A stretch of 64,000 bases of DNA from Monocercomonoides exilis PA203 (taxonomy: Eukaryota > Protista > Preaxostyla). Under the pieces are notes generated by a model. It saw nothing but the letters and a program-made list of their open reading frames with translations, was not told the DNA's origin and did not search any database. The position numbers were made by a program, and so were the translations under genes. Position 1 is the stretch's first letter, and each line of letters opens with the position of its first letter. Where the stretch lies: contig LSRY02000047.1 of the NCBI GenBank assembly GCA_001643675.2, positions 310,001 through 374,000 on the forward strand. The letters run 5' to 3'. Of this stretch, positions 1 through 11,729 are shown piece after piece.

Positions 1-597
1 AAAGGTATATAACTGTAAACCTGTGTCATACTGTGACCATTTACAGACAAATTTGGCTTCCTGACGAACCGAGAGATAATTTTCACGTCAAAACCCCAAT
101 TATGAAAACAATAATTTAAAATGCTAATATTGCATCATATTAATTCAAATAAGCGAATAATAAGAATTTGATTTTCAAAAATGATATTGACAAAAAGTCA
201 AAATTGGAATTTTTGAACGCCGGACCGTTAGGGATGTCAGTGACTAAAATGGAACCAAAATCTGGTTGGAAAGTTTTTTTGTTTTATTTTTGAAACAAAG
301 TGAAGTACGAAAAATAATAAAATGATAAAAATTAATATAAATTGATTTGTATAACGAGAATTCTAAAAATCAGTAAAAATAATATAATATTTTAAAAAAT
401 CATAACTGATATGGATTCACAATTTCTGATTGACGTTTCAAAATATTTTTATTTCTGAAACACATGTTTAAATCATAGTGGAAAAAATAAAAAATATCTG
501 ACTTTTTCGTATTATGATTTCAATTTCACTGACATGATAGCCTAACTCTTAATTTTCACTCTTCAGTGATATCCATCACTTATCATTCAAATATTAC

Positions 598-830
598 AAA
601 ATTTTTTTAAAAAGTTCCTTTTGTTTAATTTTTTTAATAAAGAAAAATTTCATATTTCGATAAATTTTCTGTTTCCACTCACGAAACTTCACTAAAATGG
701 AAATATAAACGTTGTCTAGATTTTGCTTTCATGACAGCGAAATTTGGTGAGTGGGAACAGAAATTTGATCGAAATATGAAATTTTAATTTTATTTGAAAA
801 TTAAACAAAATGAACCTTTCAAAATAATTT
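598..830. repeat. Long imperfect inverted repeat (arms ~598-693 and ~736-830, ~42-nt loop)
   Basis: The reverse complement of the left arm (agtgaagtttcgtgagtggaaacagaaaatttatcgaaatatgaaatt...aattaaacaaaaggaac) aligns by eye with the right arm (agcgaaatttggtgagtgggaacagaaatttgatcgaaatatgaaatt...aattaaacaaaatgaac). Confidence 0.9.
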
Positions 831-1000
831 AGACATATGGTGAACTTTCTCCAAAATTGTTTAGTTGCTAATTCGAAACAAACTTTATTGAGTGTTCTGA
901 AACAAAAAATCAGTGTGTCAGCCTTTTATTGATTGAGTATTGGAAAGCGAAGAAAATGTCAAAAAATCATCGTATCGAAAAAATGATGAAAAATCGAATC

Positions 1001-1391
1001 CAAATAAATATTATTTGTTGAATAACACAAAAAAATCTTCTTTTTCTGACAAAAATCATCGCCATGGAGATTTAATTATTTTTCAATGATTACCCCTCAC
1101 ATTGTTTTATTATGCATAATCCTATTAAGGAAAGTTATTTTTATTTTCATAAATTTTAATGAAAAATATTTAAATCATAAATAATTCAGAAAGTGTATGC
1201 ATCGATGAATTCAATAGCGAATAAAGTGTAACTTTCAGCATCCTGTTTTTTTGTCAATACAAAATAGTTATTGAAAATGGATAGTCTCACAATATGAGAT
1301 AAATTTATTCTTAAAATATCATATTTCCATGACGATGATTTTTGTCAGAAAAAGCGGATATTTTTGTGTTTTTCGACAAATAATATATTTG
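1001..1391. repeat. Second imperfect inverted repeat (core arms ~1001-1073 and ~1320-1391, weaker extension to ~905/1475)
   Basis: Left arm ttatttgttgaataacacaaaaaaatcttctttttctgacaaaaatcatcgccatggaga is a near reverse complement of tttccatgacgatgatttttgtcagaaaaagcggatatttttgtgtttttcgacaaataat. Confidence 0.88.
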
Positions 1392-1629
1392 ATTATCTTT
1401 TAATCCACATTTTCACAATATAAATTATCTGTTTGAAAATTCACTTTGAATATTGATAAATAAACACTGATTAGTTGTAACCTCTTTCAAACGTTATTTT
1501 TTTTTTTAAATATAATCCCTTCAATTGTAATATTTAACAATTATCATGACTTTTTTATTGAATGAATAAAACATCTCCAAAGAAATAAAACTGTTGAAGA
1601 ATCAGCATTTCAAAAATTGTTTTATATTT

Positions 1630-1905
1630 GGAGGAAAATATGAACTTACAAGCTTTTTATGCACAAAGCATATAAAAATTGTTTCACTTATAACCTTATT
1701 AAACTTTATCAGATTTCAAAATAAATAAGATTTTCATATATTTAAACTAACATCATTGAAATAATAACATTATGTTTTGTGACCTCACATGTATTTCAAA
1801 AAATAAACCCATTTATTTCACATTTTTTGATCACAAAAAGTTTATCTGATGTGCATAATTTTTCAATGAAAATGCCTGAAGTTATATAATTTTGTCCCAT
1901 TTCAA
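1630..1905 (+). repeat. Dispersed AT-rich repeat module, copy 1 (direct paralog at ~57062-57335)
   Basis: Collinear shared blocks: ggaaaata.g.actt.caag, tcagatttcaaaa, catcattgaaataa, tcaaaaaataaacccattt, tttttgatc.caaaaagttt, atttttcaatgaaaatgcctgaagt. Confidence 0.88.
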
Positions 1906-3639
1906 TATAATCACCCGAATTATTGGGATTTAATTTTTCATTATTTTCATTAATATTGAAAAGTTACGGTATTTTAATCACTTTCCGACGCTCAACCAAT
2001 GGAAGGTTTTATTTAAAAAATGTTTTTTTTTAAAAATCAATTTGATTAATTGAGAATATGAAGTTCAACAACTAGCATTCTAAATCAAATTACATTTTGT
2101 GAAATGCTTTCCTTTGAAAAGTGTTGAAGCCACTTTTTTGCACTTTTTAAGACTGAATGAGAGACCCAAACTGTTCAGCTTCACAAACGAAGCAAAAGGA
2201 AAGTACTTATTACATGAAAAGTATTTCTTATCGAAAAGATTTATCACGATCTCCACCAACGTGATTATTGAAATAATTCTCCTTCAACATCTTCTTCTTC
2301 TCATTCTTTTAAAAATAATTATTATCATCATCAAATTCCACTGGAATTCATTTTTATCTTCCTCTTTTGCATCTTTATTGAATAAGAAATGAATAAAGGT
2401 TTATAAATCAGCATTCAAAACAAAAGAATTTGTTTGTTACAGGAAATGTTAACAAAGAAAGTGTAAGCGATGAGAATCATTATTTGAATATCTAAAGAAG
2501 ACAAAAAAGAAAACAAAGACAAGAAGAAAAAGAATAAGATGAAGAAATGGTTTATGCTGAATAATCAGAGTTAAACACATTGACTGCTTTCGCAAACAAA
2601 ATTCTTGCAGAAGCAGATGTGAGGAAAGAACGAAAGAAAAAAGGAATGAAAAAGAGAGATAATGTGAATTAAATCTGATGGTGCTCTTTGGACGAGCTTG
2701 GAGACAAAGTGAACAAAAACCCATTTGATGAAAATGCGGAAATAAAGAAAGGATTCGAATTTCAACACATATTATTACAGCAAAAGATAACCGATTTATT
2801 TGGTGTTGCAACATAAAAATTTGATTGAAATTGTGCTTCACATTTTCAAACATTAATTCTCTAATACGAAGGAAACCATCTTTTCACCAAGCAAAAATAT
2901 TGGTGATTATTTTTGAAATCATATCTTTTATTGGAGTGTTGATTCTTTAATTATTTTATTTCTTAGGAAATGAATTCTTCAATAAAATGAAAAATGCTTG
3001 ATAATTGTTTTTATAAATTTGATGTTTGAGAAAATTTGCATGAATTAAGTATATTTGAAAAGAGTTATAAAATTTTTGTGTTCATTTATCATTATTCAAA
3101 GAGAATTTTCATTTCGAGTTTTTTGATATGTTAAATGTGGATTCAAAAATCATCACCCATATAGATGGAAATATTATCACAATTTATGGAATAATAAAAA
3201 AATAACATTCATTTAGCATTTTTGTGTTTTTAATAAAATTGTTGCATTCGTTTGTCCATCCAATTACAAAAAATCATCAGAAAGAATTTCAAAAATATTG
3301 CATTGCCTCATTTCCAGCTGTCATCATAGGAAATAATATTTCAAATTTTATAGAAAATGTTCACTCATTGAACTCTCAATCAGTGCATGAATATTCCAGT
3401 TTTAAAAAAATTATTTGATCGTGGAATCCATAACAACAAACTTAGAAAAAACAAAGCGTTCTTTTTCTTCTAAATCACAAGCCGAAAATGCCATCGCAAG
3501 ATAGAATGGTTTGAATGCATATATTACTATGGTCTTTTTGAGTTTTTTATTTTTCATTAATTTCTTCTGTTCAAACATATGCGAATTCAATGTGAATGCC
3601 TAAATCTTCTTGTTTTCTGACTGCAATGTATTTTCAAAA

Positions 3640-5063
3640 ATGCAGACGGAGAATGCCACTCAAAAATGCACTGGTTTGCAAACATATTTGCTTTTTGAAT
3701 TTTTGCTTTTTTCTTTTTATTCTTTGTTTTTTATTGAAGAATTGCTTAATGAACTGGAAGGCTGCACTGAAATTGAACAGAAAGTTAAAATCCTTGAAAT
3801 GAATAAAATGATTGATGAAACGAATGAAAAAGAATTCAAGTCTATTTTCGGGATTGAGCTGTTTGACAAAATACCAAAATGATTGAAGAAAAGAATTTGA
3901 CAATTGAAAATGCAGCTTCATTTCTAAAACACTTAGGTTATTGGAAAATAATTTATCAAGTTGATGAAGATGAACTTTTTTATTCCCAGCTGCTCAAAAG
4001 ACTCAAGAAAGTGATTCTTGAAGAATATGGAAAAAGAGAAAAGAACGAAAAGTTTTTGGTTGATCTCAGCAAATGCTATCTTTTTCTCAATTATTTTCTT
4101 GGAGATTTATCAAAAGAAATGACAGAAATTTGTGTGCCTTGCCTTCTGAAAGCTGCATTGACTAAAGATGTGACCGAAGAAGCTCAAAAAGAAGTGGAAA
4201 TGGCTTTGCTGGCATTAAGCTGCATTTGTGAATTTTGTGCATGAACGCTTCTTTATGTTTTATTAATAATCTTTTTCAACATATTTTTTAAATAGAAAGT
4301 GAAATATGAATTGTATGAAAAGGAGACGAGTGAAATCATCAAATATCATCAAGAATATCGCAATCTGACGCGACTTGCCTTTCAATCAGCTTTGCAATTT
4401 TTGGTTTATAGATTGAAATATCGCAAAAGCTTAGAAAAAGTGATTATGAATGAACTTCATTTCATGAGAGAAGCAATAAAAGAACAAGAAGAATTAAAAA
4501 AATGTGTAAATTGAAAAAGAAAAGAAGAAGAAGAAGAAGGCGAAAAAGAAATGATAGAAACGAAGATTGTCGGTCGATAGTTAAATGTTATTTTGGGTTT
4601 TTTTTATCATTGCAATTTGCATGATGATGAGGCATTAATCAGACTAATTTGTTGCCTTGTTGGATTGTGCAAAGCAGTGAAAGAGCATGAAAGAGAAATA
4701 ATCGTTTGGATCATTTTGATATAAAATCTTTTAGCACGTAATGAAACTGCAGACCTTGATATCTTTGTGAATTACGGAGCTGTTGGTGCTATTTTTGAGA
4801 TAATACGAAGAACAACGTTGAATGATTCAACCGCAAGAAATTGTTTGACGTGTTTAATGGAGACTTCGGAAAGATTGAAAAGAAAGGAGAACGAAGAAAT
4901 GAAAGAGGCAAAAAGAAAGGCAACAAAAAGGAAATTGTTTGAAAAATTGGAAGAAGAAGGATTCGAAGATATCATCACAAGCTTTCAAACTATATTGGAA
5001 TATTTTAACAGAGTTTACAATTCTCAATTATCAATAAATTTTGAAGACTATTCTGTAAATTGA
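3640..5063 (+). pseudogene. Disrupted copy of an expanded oxymonad-type helical (ARM-like) hypothetical protein family; paralog of 24914-26364
   Basis: ATG at 3640; introns 3674-3739 and ~4237-4295 sit at the same positions as in the intact paralog. Shared motifs: CVPCLLK.AL, IIKYHQE..NLTR.A.QSA, EEEG(F/Y)ED. Lesions: frameshift at ~3879 (aaaatga) and in-frame stops TGA 4512, TAG 4578, TAA 4722. Confidence 0.85.
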
Positions 5064-5904
5064 TGGTTCATTCGCTTTTTGATTCACTCCATTTGACATT
5101 GATCTGAACATCTGTTCGCTTTTATCGAATTCGAGAAAAAATAACTTTCTCTTCAAAAAGAAATTACATTCAACGCTTAATTTTGCTTTTAAGGATTTTC
5201 TGAAGCAAAAAATTGAGTTCATTGATTGCGTCCAGGTTTTTTTTTTGATCTGGTAAGTTTGCTTTCTTTTCTTCTCTTCCTTCTGTTTCTCTTCCTCTTA
5301 ATTCTTCTTTTTATTCTCTTCGCCAATTTAATTCTTCAATATTTCCCTTTCATTTCAATCGTATTCTCCAATTTGGACTTAGATTGAAAAAACTCCAATA
5401 AGATGTTTTGATTGATGATGAAGAAGTGTAATTGCTTTGAATGACGTTGCAGTATCGAAAAAAAGTTTAATATTTATTTGACAAATATAGAAGAACATTA
5501 TTTTCAGAGTTTTTAATTCAAAAGTCAAACGTTGAACCATTTTGATAAAACTTATTTTTCAACATAACAATTTTGTTTTAATTATCCTTTTATGTTTCAA
5601 AAGTTCTGAAAACAAAAAGAAAACATAAATTTTTTTCGAAGTGTTTTATCAACGAAAACAAAAACTGAAATATTCAATTTTGTATCACATTTTTGGAAAA
5701 CAATCGCAAAAACGACAAATATTATTTCAAATAAACACAAGCAAATTTTCAAACAAATTTGAAAACAAACACCAATATTCATTTTTAAAAAGTCCAACCA
5801 TTATATTGTCTTTAACAAAGTTTGATTCATCAATAATTGCTTTTTTCCACGTTATTCTGCATATTTATATTAAATATTTTCTTTACAAACGTAAGATAGC
5901 TTTG

Positions 5905-8900
5905 ATGGCAAAATCTCAAGCAGAAAAGAGATTTGAGCAATTTTTATTGGATGAATGTTTGCAGTTTTTTGTTTTTGCAAAGTTGCTAAATTTGACTCAC
6001 CTATAAATTTATCTATGCATTTCACTCTGAAAGATAAATCTGTGAAGTTTTTGAGGAATGTTGATGAGTGCAGGGTGTTCAGCACAGTGAAAGAAAATGG
6101 AGAAAAGAACATTTTGAAGCATTACCATTTTGAAGACAAATTTTGTTTGGCAAATGAACAAATTAACTTGAAGCTTTCGAAAGCGAAAACAATCAAAAGT
6201 CCATATACTGAAAACATTGTAGAAGCAACATTTGATGATGATAACGAATTGCGCATTATTTTTGAGTACTGTGAAGGAACTTTACTGAAAGATGATATTG
6301 AGAAGAGAAAAAAACACTGGAAATACTATTCTAATGAGGTTTGCACATTGCATTTATTGACAATGTTATATTTGCAGTTTATAAAATAATATTATCAAAA
6401 AAAATCAATTTTTAATTTTTTCATTTGTTGAAGGAATTGTGGACTATCATTACAGAACTTTTGCTGGGGCTTTTTGAATATGTCAAGATGGGTTTGAAGC
6501 ATGGTAACATTCATTCGAACAACATTCGTCTGACCCCTGATGGACACGTGAAACTAGGCATGTGAAAAAGTTTTTCCTTTTTTTTTTAAATATTCAACAC
6601 AAATCTGAATATGAAAACGTTTTTGATTTTATCAATCAGGAGAATTACGAATCAAGAAGCCATCATCTGCGTTGGGACAAGCATCCGCTTCGTCTTCGAG
6701 TTCATCTTCATCGGCTGTTCAAGCGTTTTCAGACTCAGCAACCGATCTCAGGCAACTTGGAATGGTGCTCTTTGAATTGTGCACGCTCCATCCTTTGTCA
6801 TCAAATGATTTGGATGAATTGTCATTGAATGGCTCAAGGAGATTTGTTGAGAATCACTTCAGGGATTCAATTGACAAAGGGATTGTGTCGCTAATATCGA
6901 TTTTGCTAATCCACAACCCAGACAGCGAATTAGACTTGATCGACGTGCTAACTTATCCGAGTGTGATGTCTAAACTTCCAAGACAAGACAAGACGAAACT
7001 GGAAACATACGAACCGACACATCCCAGCCTCGGAACTAGCTTCAACGACACAAATGGAAACTGGCAGAAACACAGAGATTACCCACAAAGCACACAAAGA
7101 GGCGAACGCAGAGAACATCTGATGAGGGATACGAAGAGCAGCACTACAGATATGAGCGCATCTGTGGCTCTTTTGATTCAAGAGAAAGAAGAGACCGAGA
7201 AGAAGGTCAAGTTGCTGACTGAATTTAATGAAGAGCTGAAGGGGAGGATGGGTATGATGGAAAGACAACAAAAGCAGTGTCAGAGGCAACAACAAGAGCA
7301 ACTTCAGCAACAACAAAAGCAATTGCAGCAACAGCAACAACAGCAACAACAACGGCAACTACAAGAACTGAAACAACAACAGCAGCAACAACATCAAAAA
7401 CAACTGCAACAATTGCAACAATTGCAACAATTACTACAACAGCAACAAAAGCAACAGCAGCAGCAACAACAGCAATTGCAACAGTTGCAACAACAATTGC
7501 AATTGCAACAGCAAAAGCAGCAGCAGCAACAACAACAGAAGCAGCAACAACTGCAACAACTGCAGCAATTGCTACTGCAGCAACAACAAGAGCAACTGCA
7601 ACAACTTCAAGAAATGAAACAACAACAACTGCGACAGTTGCAACAACAGCAAGAACTGCAGCGACAACAGCAACAGCAACTACAAGAACTGAAACAACAA
7701 CAACTGCAACAACAGCAACAGCAGCAGCAACAACAAAAGCAAATGCAACAACAATTGCAACAGCAGCAGCAACAATTGCAACAGTTGCAACAACAGCAAC
7801 TGCAAGAATTGCAGCAACTACAAAAGCAAATGCAACAACAACTGCAATTGCAACAGCAAAAGCAATTTCAACAGTTGCAACAATTGCAACAATTGCTACA
7901 GCAGCAGCAGCAACAACAACAACAGCAACAGCAAGAACTTCAACAGCTACAACAACAGCAGCAGCAACAACAAAAACAATTGCAACAACTGCAAGAACTG
8001 CAACAATTGCAACAGCAGCAGGAACAACAACAAAAGCAGCAGCAGCAACAGCAAGTACAAGAACTGAAACAACAACTGCATCAGCAACAACAACTGCAAC
8101 AACAGCAACAAAAGCAACAGCAGCAGCAACAGCAGCAACAATTGCAACAGTTGAAACAACAACTGCAATTACAACAGCAAAAGCAACAGCAACAGTTGCA
8201 ACAACTGCAAGAACTTCAACAGCAACAACAGCAGAAGCAGCAGCAGCAACAAAAACAATTGCAACAGCAGCAGCAGCAGCAACAACAGCAGCAGCAAAAG
8301 CAATCGCAACAACTGCAAGAACAGCAGAAACTTACCAATGATATCCTCAACTTCTTGATATTTCTTCTACGCGGAGAAACAGAAACTGACAAAAGTCGTG
8401 ATCTTCTCGAAATGCCTAAGATGCACCGAAAAATGATGGAAGAGTGCGCTGCTTCAATAGACAGTGAATTGGCTTCTTCTTCTTCTCCAATTTCTTCCTC
8501 TTCCTCTTCCTCTTCCTCTTCCTCTTCCTCTTCCTCTTCCTCTTCCTCTTCCTCTTCCTCTTCCTCTTCCTCTTCCTCTTCCTCTTCCTCTTCCTCTTCC
8601 TCTTCCTCTTCCTCTTCTTCTTCTTCTTCTTCTTCTTCTTCTTCATCCTCCTCTTCTTCTTCCTCCTCTTCTTCTTCCTCCTCCTCTTCTTCTCTTCCTT
8701 CTTCTCTTCCTTCTTCTTATACTTCTTCCTCCTCTTTTCCTTCTTTTCTCTCAAGAGTTTTTAGTTGGGTTTCTCCTCCATCATCAACTACTTCTTCTTC
8801 CACTTCTTCTGTTGCTTCGCCACAGTTATCATCCACATTAGCATCAACAAAGTCTTTAAATGTGACTTCAACTTCTTTTCTATCTTCTTTTTTTGATTCC

Positions 8901-10719
8901 ATTTTGATGACTTTTCATTCTCTTTCTTTTGGTGTAAGTTCATTTTTTGATTCATTTTTTGATATGTTTTCTTCCGAAAAGGAGGAATCAAAGAAACAAG
9001 AAACAAGAAAAGATGATCTTTGTCATTCAACAACATCTTCTTCTTCTTCCTTTTCCTCTAACCCTTCTCCCTCCTCCTCTTCTTCTTCTAATAGATCATC
9101 TTCTTATCCTTCTTCTTCTTCTTCAAATAGGTTGTTATCTTGTCCTTCATCATCTTCTTCTTCCTCAAATCCGCTTTCCTCTTCCTCTTCCTCTTCCTCT
9201 TCCACTTCCTCTTCCTCTTCCGCTTCCGCTTCCGCTAATCCTTCTTCTTTTCATTCTTCTTCTAGCAGGATATCATCATCATCATCATCATCCTCATCAT
9301 CCTCATCACCACCACCACCACCATCATCATCATCTTCATCATCATCTTCTTCTTCCACTTCTCTTTTCTCTTCTGCTAATTTTCACCCTCCTTCTTCATC
9401 TTCTTCGTCTTCGGCTCATTTTAAAGACGATGCATACGAAATTCATGTTGTTCAAGATGAAGATGATGATATTCCGATTGTTTATTTGAGAAGTACATTA
9501 CGGCTGCTGACAGACAAAAGCAACGCGCCTTATTTAAGCATTGATGAAGACACTGCAACGTGCTTGGCATCTGATAGAAACTTTCTGGTGACTGTTGACA
9601 AGACTTTGAGCAAAGTGTGCGAATTAGAGTGAGTAAATGAATGAGTAAGTGAGTGAATGGATATATAATTATGTGTATTTATTTTCTAATGCTATTTATT
9701 AGAAATTGTGCCATTTTTTTGTTTGGAAATGCAATTTGTTCGCTGTTCTATTTATTATTTGATATGTCTGCCTTTCATTCTCTTAAATTGTTGATTGTCT
9801 CATATGCGTTTTATTTCTTATGTTGCTGGTGCATTTTGTTCTGTCTTTTGTGAATTGCTCCATTTTGCCAGGGGTTTTGGGAATGGTGTGTCTTCTGCTT
9901 CATTCAGAATATTAACCAAACATTGTTCATGATTTATCTAAATTTCAATTACAATATCAATATCAATTTCTTATCTCTGGATGCTTTTATTGAATTCAGT
10001 TCGTTCTCTTTCAGAGTTAATCCTGCTTTTGTTGTTGGAATTGGTCTGATCAGAAGAGACAGTCTGTCTGACATGCGCAGCAGATTGGGCGAAGACAGCA
10101 ATTCTTTTGGATATCAAAATAGGTGTGCTTCATTTTAAGAAATGCTGCAAATGTAATTTTTGTTGCTAATTCTTCTCTTTCTCATTCTTTCTCTGCCCTA
10201 TGCTTATTGGCCATATGTTACAAATAACACATTGACATATTTTCTTTTTAACATTTTTGATAATTTCAATTATTATTTCCGTTTTCATCAAAATTAGTGG
10301 GTGTGTTGCACATGGCGGATGCCTTACAAAGTGCATGGACAGCTATGACATTTATGATGTTGTTTCGATTGAATTATTTATCCCTGATAATTGCGGGAAA
10401 GAAACATCTGAAGCTCATTTTTATGTCAATGGAGTGCTTCAAGACGTGTATTTGTGCAACTTTCCAAAGAATGTAGTTTTGGGGGTGTGATTTGTGCAGT
10501 TTTATTGAAATAGCTAAATCCCATTTTCCCTTCATAATTCTCTTTCTTCATTTTTCCCCTGATTTTTTAATGATTTTCAAAATGTACTTGTTTGGATGAA
10601 TGCTATGTTTCCAGTTTCATCTATTTGGCAAAAAATCATCGTGCCGCGTTTTTGGATTCTCAAAAATATCGGGTTTTACAAATCCTGGCCATAGATCGTT
10701 ACAGGCTATCAGTTGGTAG
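5905..10719 (+). CDS. NEK-like pseudokinase with Gln-rich coiled coil, poly-Ser tracts and C-terminal B30.2/SPRY-like domain (~1294 aa, 8 exons)
   Basis: Exons 5905-5956, 6034-6338, 6434-6557, 6640-9614, 9872-9885, 10000-10122, 10298-10484, 10615-10719 join in phase (3885 nt). Kinase-like motifs: LRIIFEYCEG, HGNIHSNNI, VKLGEL, DLRQLGMVLFELCTL. SPRY-like motifs: DKTLSKGFWEC, VGIGLI, DVVSIEL, HFYVNG. Confidence 0.8.
7280..8330 (+). repeat. CAA/CAG-rich coding repeat (~350-aa Gln tract punctuated by Leu/Lys/Glu)
   Basis: Directly visible, in frame with ORF 6672..9632. Confidence 0.97.
8493..8612 (+). repeat. Perfect (TCTTCC)20 hexamer encoding poly-Ser
   Basis: Directly visible; continues imperfectly as TCT/TCC repeats to ~8740. 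Confidence 0.95.
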
Positions 10720-11729
10720 AAGTGAAAGAGGAGATGGAACTCTTTTCATTGAAATTTTGCTTCTTTGCTTATTTTCTTTCTTCACTTTTAAATCGAAAAA
10801 TTTCCGTTCATGCGTTTCTATTCTATACTTTTAATTTTTTTTCTTTTTAAATTTTTCTTTTAATCTTTCTTTTTTTCTCATTTTCCCCTGCAAAACCGTT
10901 TATCATTTATTTGCATTTGATTGCAAAAGCACGCTGATTTCTTTCAGCTTGCTTGTGCGTTGATGTTTCAGAACCAAAGCAGTGTTTGGCACACAACAGC
11001 AGACAATGCAAATGCATATTGTTTTGTGTCAATCTTCTTTGGGAGTTGAGATGTTATGCACTTGCAAATTTGCATATTGATAAACTATCTTGTTATTAAA
11101 GTCCATTTTCTATTTTATTTTTGGCAACAACCTTTTTCTTTTTGACAAATTCAATTTTCACTCAAGAATCTGGACTATTGAAAGAAAGAAAAAGTGTGTT
11201 TTAAAGACCTTTGAAAATATTGAGAACTATATTTATTGTTTTGTTGAAATGGGATTAAATGTGAAGTGAATGAGCAAGAAATGTCAAATTTAATCATGAC
11301 TCCCTTGAGAAATAAAGACAATCATTTTTGGAACCCACTCTCAAACCAATAGAACTTTTGAGTATTTGCATTTTGAACACAAATCCAAGCAAAGGCTGTT
11401 GACATTTGATGTTTTTTGGACAACATACAAACAAAATTCGTTTTCATTGAGCTTGCAAAACGGGTAACATATTCAGAAATTTCAATGATATTATGTGAAT
11501 GTTTGAGTGATGACTAAGCTTTAGACTATAATAATGATACGATTCCACATGATTCTTGTAATTCTCTGTTGAAAAACCTCTTATTTCAAAAACCCAAAGC
11601 AACTTTAGGTAATGGCAGTTCTTTTAAATCTCATGTTTCTTCTACGAAGCAAATGCACTCTTGTGTCTTTTTGTCAATTTGAAAATATTGTTTCATTCAT
11701 TAAATGTGCAAGAGGGAAATCTGCATGTT

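Noticed and set aside
2099-3418. Short ORFs and a faint minus-strand resemblance (NKDAKEEDKNE, EEEDVEG) to the helical family
   Set aside because: Similarity is too weak and compositionally biased to support by eye; needs TBLASTN.
4512-4580. TGA/TAG at Trp positions as evidence of a variant genetic code or selenocysteine
   Set aside because: Different stop codons are involved, frameshifts co-occur, the paralog has TGG, and TGA, TAA and TAG all terminate intact gene models in the window.
7277-8341. 354-aa Ala/Thr-rich ORF resembling a mucin or antifreeze glycoprotein, plus antisense poly-Leu ORFs
   Set aside because: Alternative-frame shadows of the CAA/CAG repeat inside the longer kinase-linked frame.
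8416-8754. Lys/Arg-rich ORF (KRKRKR...), and similar poly-K ORFs at 29092-29538 and 48717-48926
   Set aside because: Antisense shadows of TCT/TCC poly-Ser repeats.
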